A DNA stretch of 64,000 nt, taken from the NCBI RefSeq assembly GCF_009914755.1, contig NC_060927.1; one strand, written 5' to 3'. The notes under the pieces were generated by a model that worked only from the letters and a program-made list of their open reading frames with translations, was not told where the DNA came from and did no database searches. The DNA comes from the human T2T-CHM13v2.0 reference genome, Homo sapiens. A program made the translations under genes and the position numbers. Below are positions 61,896 through 64,000 of the stretch, in pieces (position 1 is the first letter of the stretch; every line of letters starts with the position of its first letter).

Positions 61896-62559
61896 CCAAG
61901 TTGACAGCAGATCTCATACTTGGCAAATGGGTGGGTGATAGTTCCAGTCCCGACACAGGGAGCACAGTGGGTGGAGCAGATTTAGGGGGAGTTTAAATTT
62001 GGTTTTAACTACTTGACACTTTGAGGTACTGTTGGGAGATTTCCATGCAGAGGAAAGTTGAATGTGTGGGTTTAAAGCTCAGAAGGGAAGGTGGACTGGG
62101 AAAACAGTCTGGTTGGACATCAGCACATGGAGCAGGGGTTAACCAGGAGCTTGTAAACCCAGGGAGTTATACAGACAGTTTTATGGGTATGCATACATGT
62201 ACACTGTTTTTCCTGGGGCAAATAGGGTTTCTGATTTCCCAGGGCCCATGACCCCACAAAGGTTAAGAGCCTCTGATGAGGACAGTGGTTGATCCATGGG
62301 ACAAAATAATATTACTGTGGAACCCTGCTGGGGCAAGAAGGGAAAAGGCCCCTTCTTTTCTCTGGCCCAGCTGGCAGGTGCTATCTGCCTCCCCTCAGGC
62401 CCCTGCCTGCCAGGGATCTATACCTCTCTAGCTGCCACAGCAACGCTTTGTCACCCTTTAGGTTCTTGTGTTTGATCGAAGTCTTTTCTCCTTTAATTTA
62501 CATTTTTAACCAAAGTAATATATGTGCACAATTGTAAAAGTTAGGATAGATACACAAAA

Positions 62560-62876
<317 letters not shown>

Positions 62877-64000
62877 TAAAATGAGAAACAGCCCCGAATA
62901 TAAGAGCCTTTCCTTAGTCTGAGATGTAATTGAGTAACTCTAAGGCCTTCTCTGGGTCAGCCTCACTGTCATCTTCCCTCAAATAGTCCAGCCCCGCTTC
63001 TCCCTGTCATCAAGTCCTCTCCCCTTCCTTTGTCCCCTCTCACCTTTCCTCTTCCTTGTCCTCATTGTCACCATTGGTAAGCACGACTGAGCACCCAAAG
63101 GGTGCCAAGACACTGTAGGAAGCTGGAGGATGGGTGCAGAGCCCATGCTGTAAGCATCTTTGTCTCGCTCTTTCTCTGCCCCAGGCCCGCATGGAGTGGC
63201 ACAAAGTTCCCAGGCAGAACCAGGCTCAGGAACAGCTGAAGTCCTGGTCTGGCCTTCCTGTGGTTTTCCTAACTTACCAAGTTACAGGTCAGTTAGAGCA
63301 GCAGCGCTTCTGACCTCGGTGAGGAGTTGGAAGGATCTGGACGGGAAGTCAGAGCCTGGGTAACAGTCCTGGCTCTGCCACCCACTAGATGTGTAACCCC
63401 AAGTCAGCTGATTCCTCTCCAGGTGCCTCGGCTTCCGCATCTATCGTATGACTCGTGATCTCTGGGAAGCCACACAGCTCAAGGTCTTGGGGGTAAGACA
63501 CCTGATATAGCCCCGACCCTCTCAGGCCACGATGGTGTCGATAGTCCCATGGTGTCAGCTCATGGGACATCTGCAGAGACTGGCCATTGTGGCTCCCTCC
63601 TGACTCTGCATTCATGGGGAGTCCGCTGCCCAGAGCCCATATTAGGAGCCCTGGGGGAGGACGCATCCTGCCTGCTTTGCCATTTCCTCAGCCTGACTGG
63701 CAAGCAGCCTTTTTCCTCCCAGCCTCTACCCCGCCTACTGTGTTTCATGGCAGCATGGAATGGTAATGTTTGGACTTTGCCATTCAAAGGATTTGAAGGA
63801 TATTTTTATCTTTCAAGAAGATTTGAATCAAAACAGTGAATCCAAATTATACAAATACTGATTAATTTTTAGATAATTTTCCAGAATGAATTTCACAAAG
63901 CCAACAATTAATTACTTGATCAATGTTCTGTGTAGCACACAGTTTTCCTTTTTATTTTAATGAACTTCCTTTAATGCAGTTTTTGAAACTATTACTTTAT

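Overview
Mammalian (human) genomic DNA, Alu-rich, recognisable as the SENP5-NCBP2-NCBP2AS2-PIGZ cluster (3q29 by recall). The window holds the last four coding exons and 3'UTR of SENP5 (+), all of NCBP2/CBP20 (-, 4 exons, 156 aa), the single-exon microprotein gene NCBP2AS2 (+, 99 aa) sharing a bidirectional CpG promoter with NCBP2, and all of PIGZ (-, 579 aa) with its CpG-island promoter near 55 kb. Repeats are dense: more than 40 Alus, L1 remnants, DNA transposons, MaLR/ERVL LTRs, two solo HERV-K LTR5 elements and an SVA. I found no wholly new biological system; this is a well-studied locus. The best second-look items are (1) a U12/U2 twintron in NCBP2 giving an in-frame RRM-less 103-aa isoform, (2) a candidate in-frame 60-nt L1-derived cassette exon in SENP5, (3) a ~194-bp inverted local duplication in PIGZ intron 1, (4) the PIGZ start-codon architecture, and (5) three same-orientation LTR5-derived sequences in and around PIGZ. 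Repeat subfamily names come from memory of consensus sequences and boundaries are approximate.
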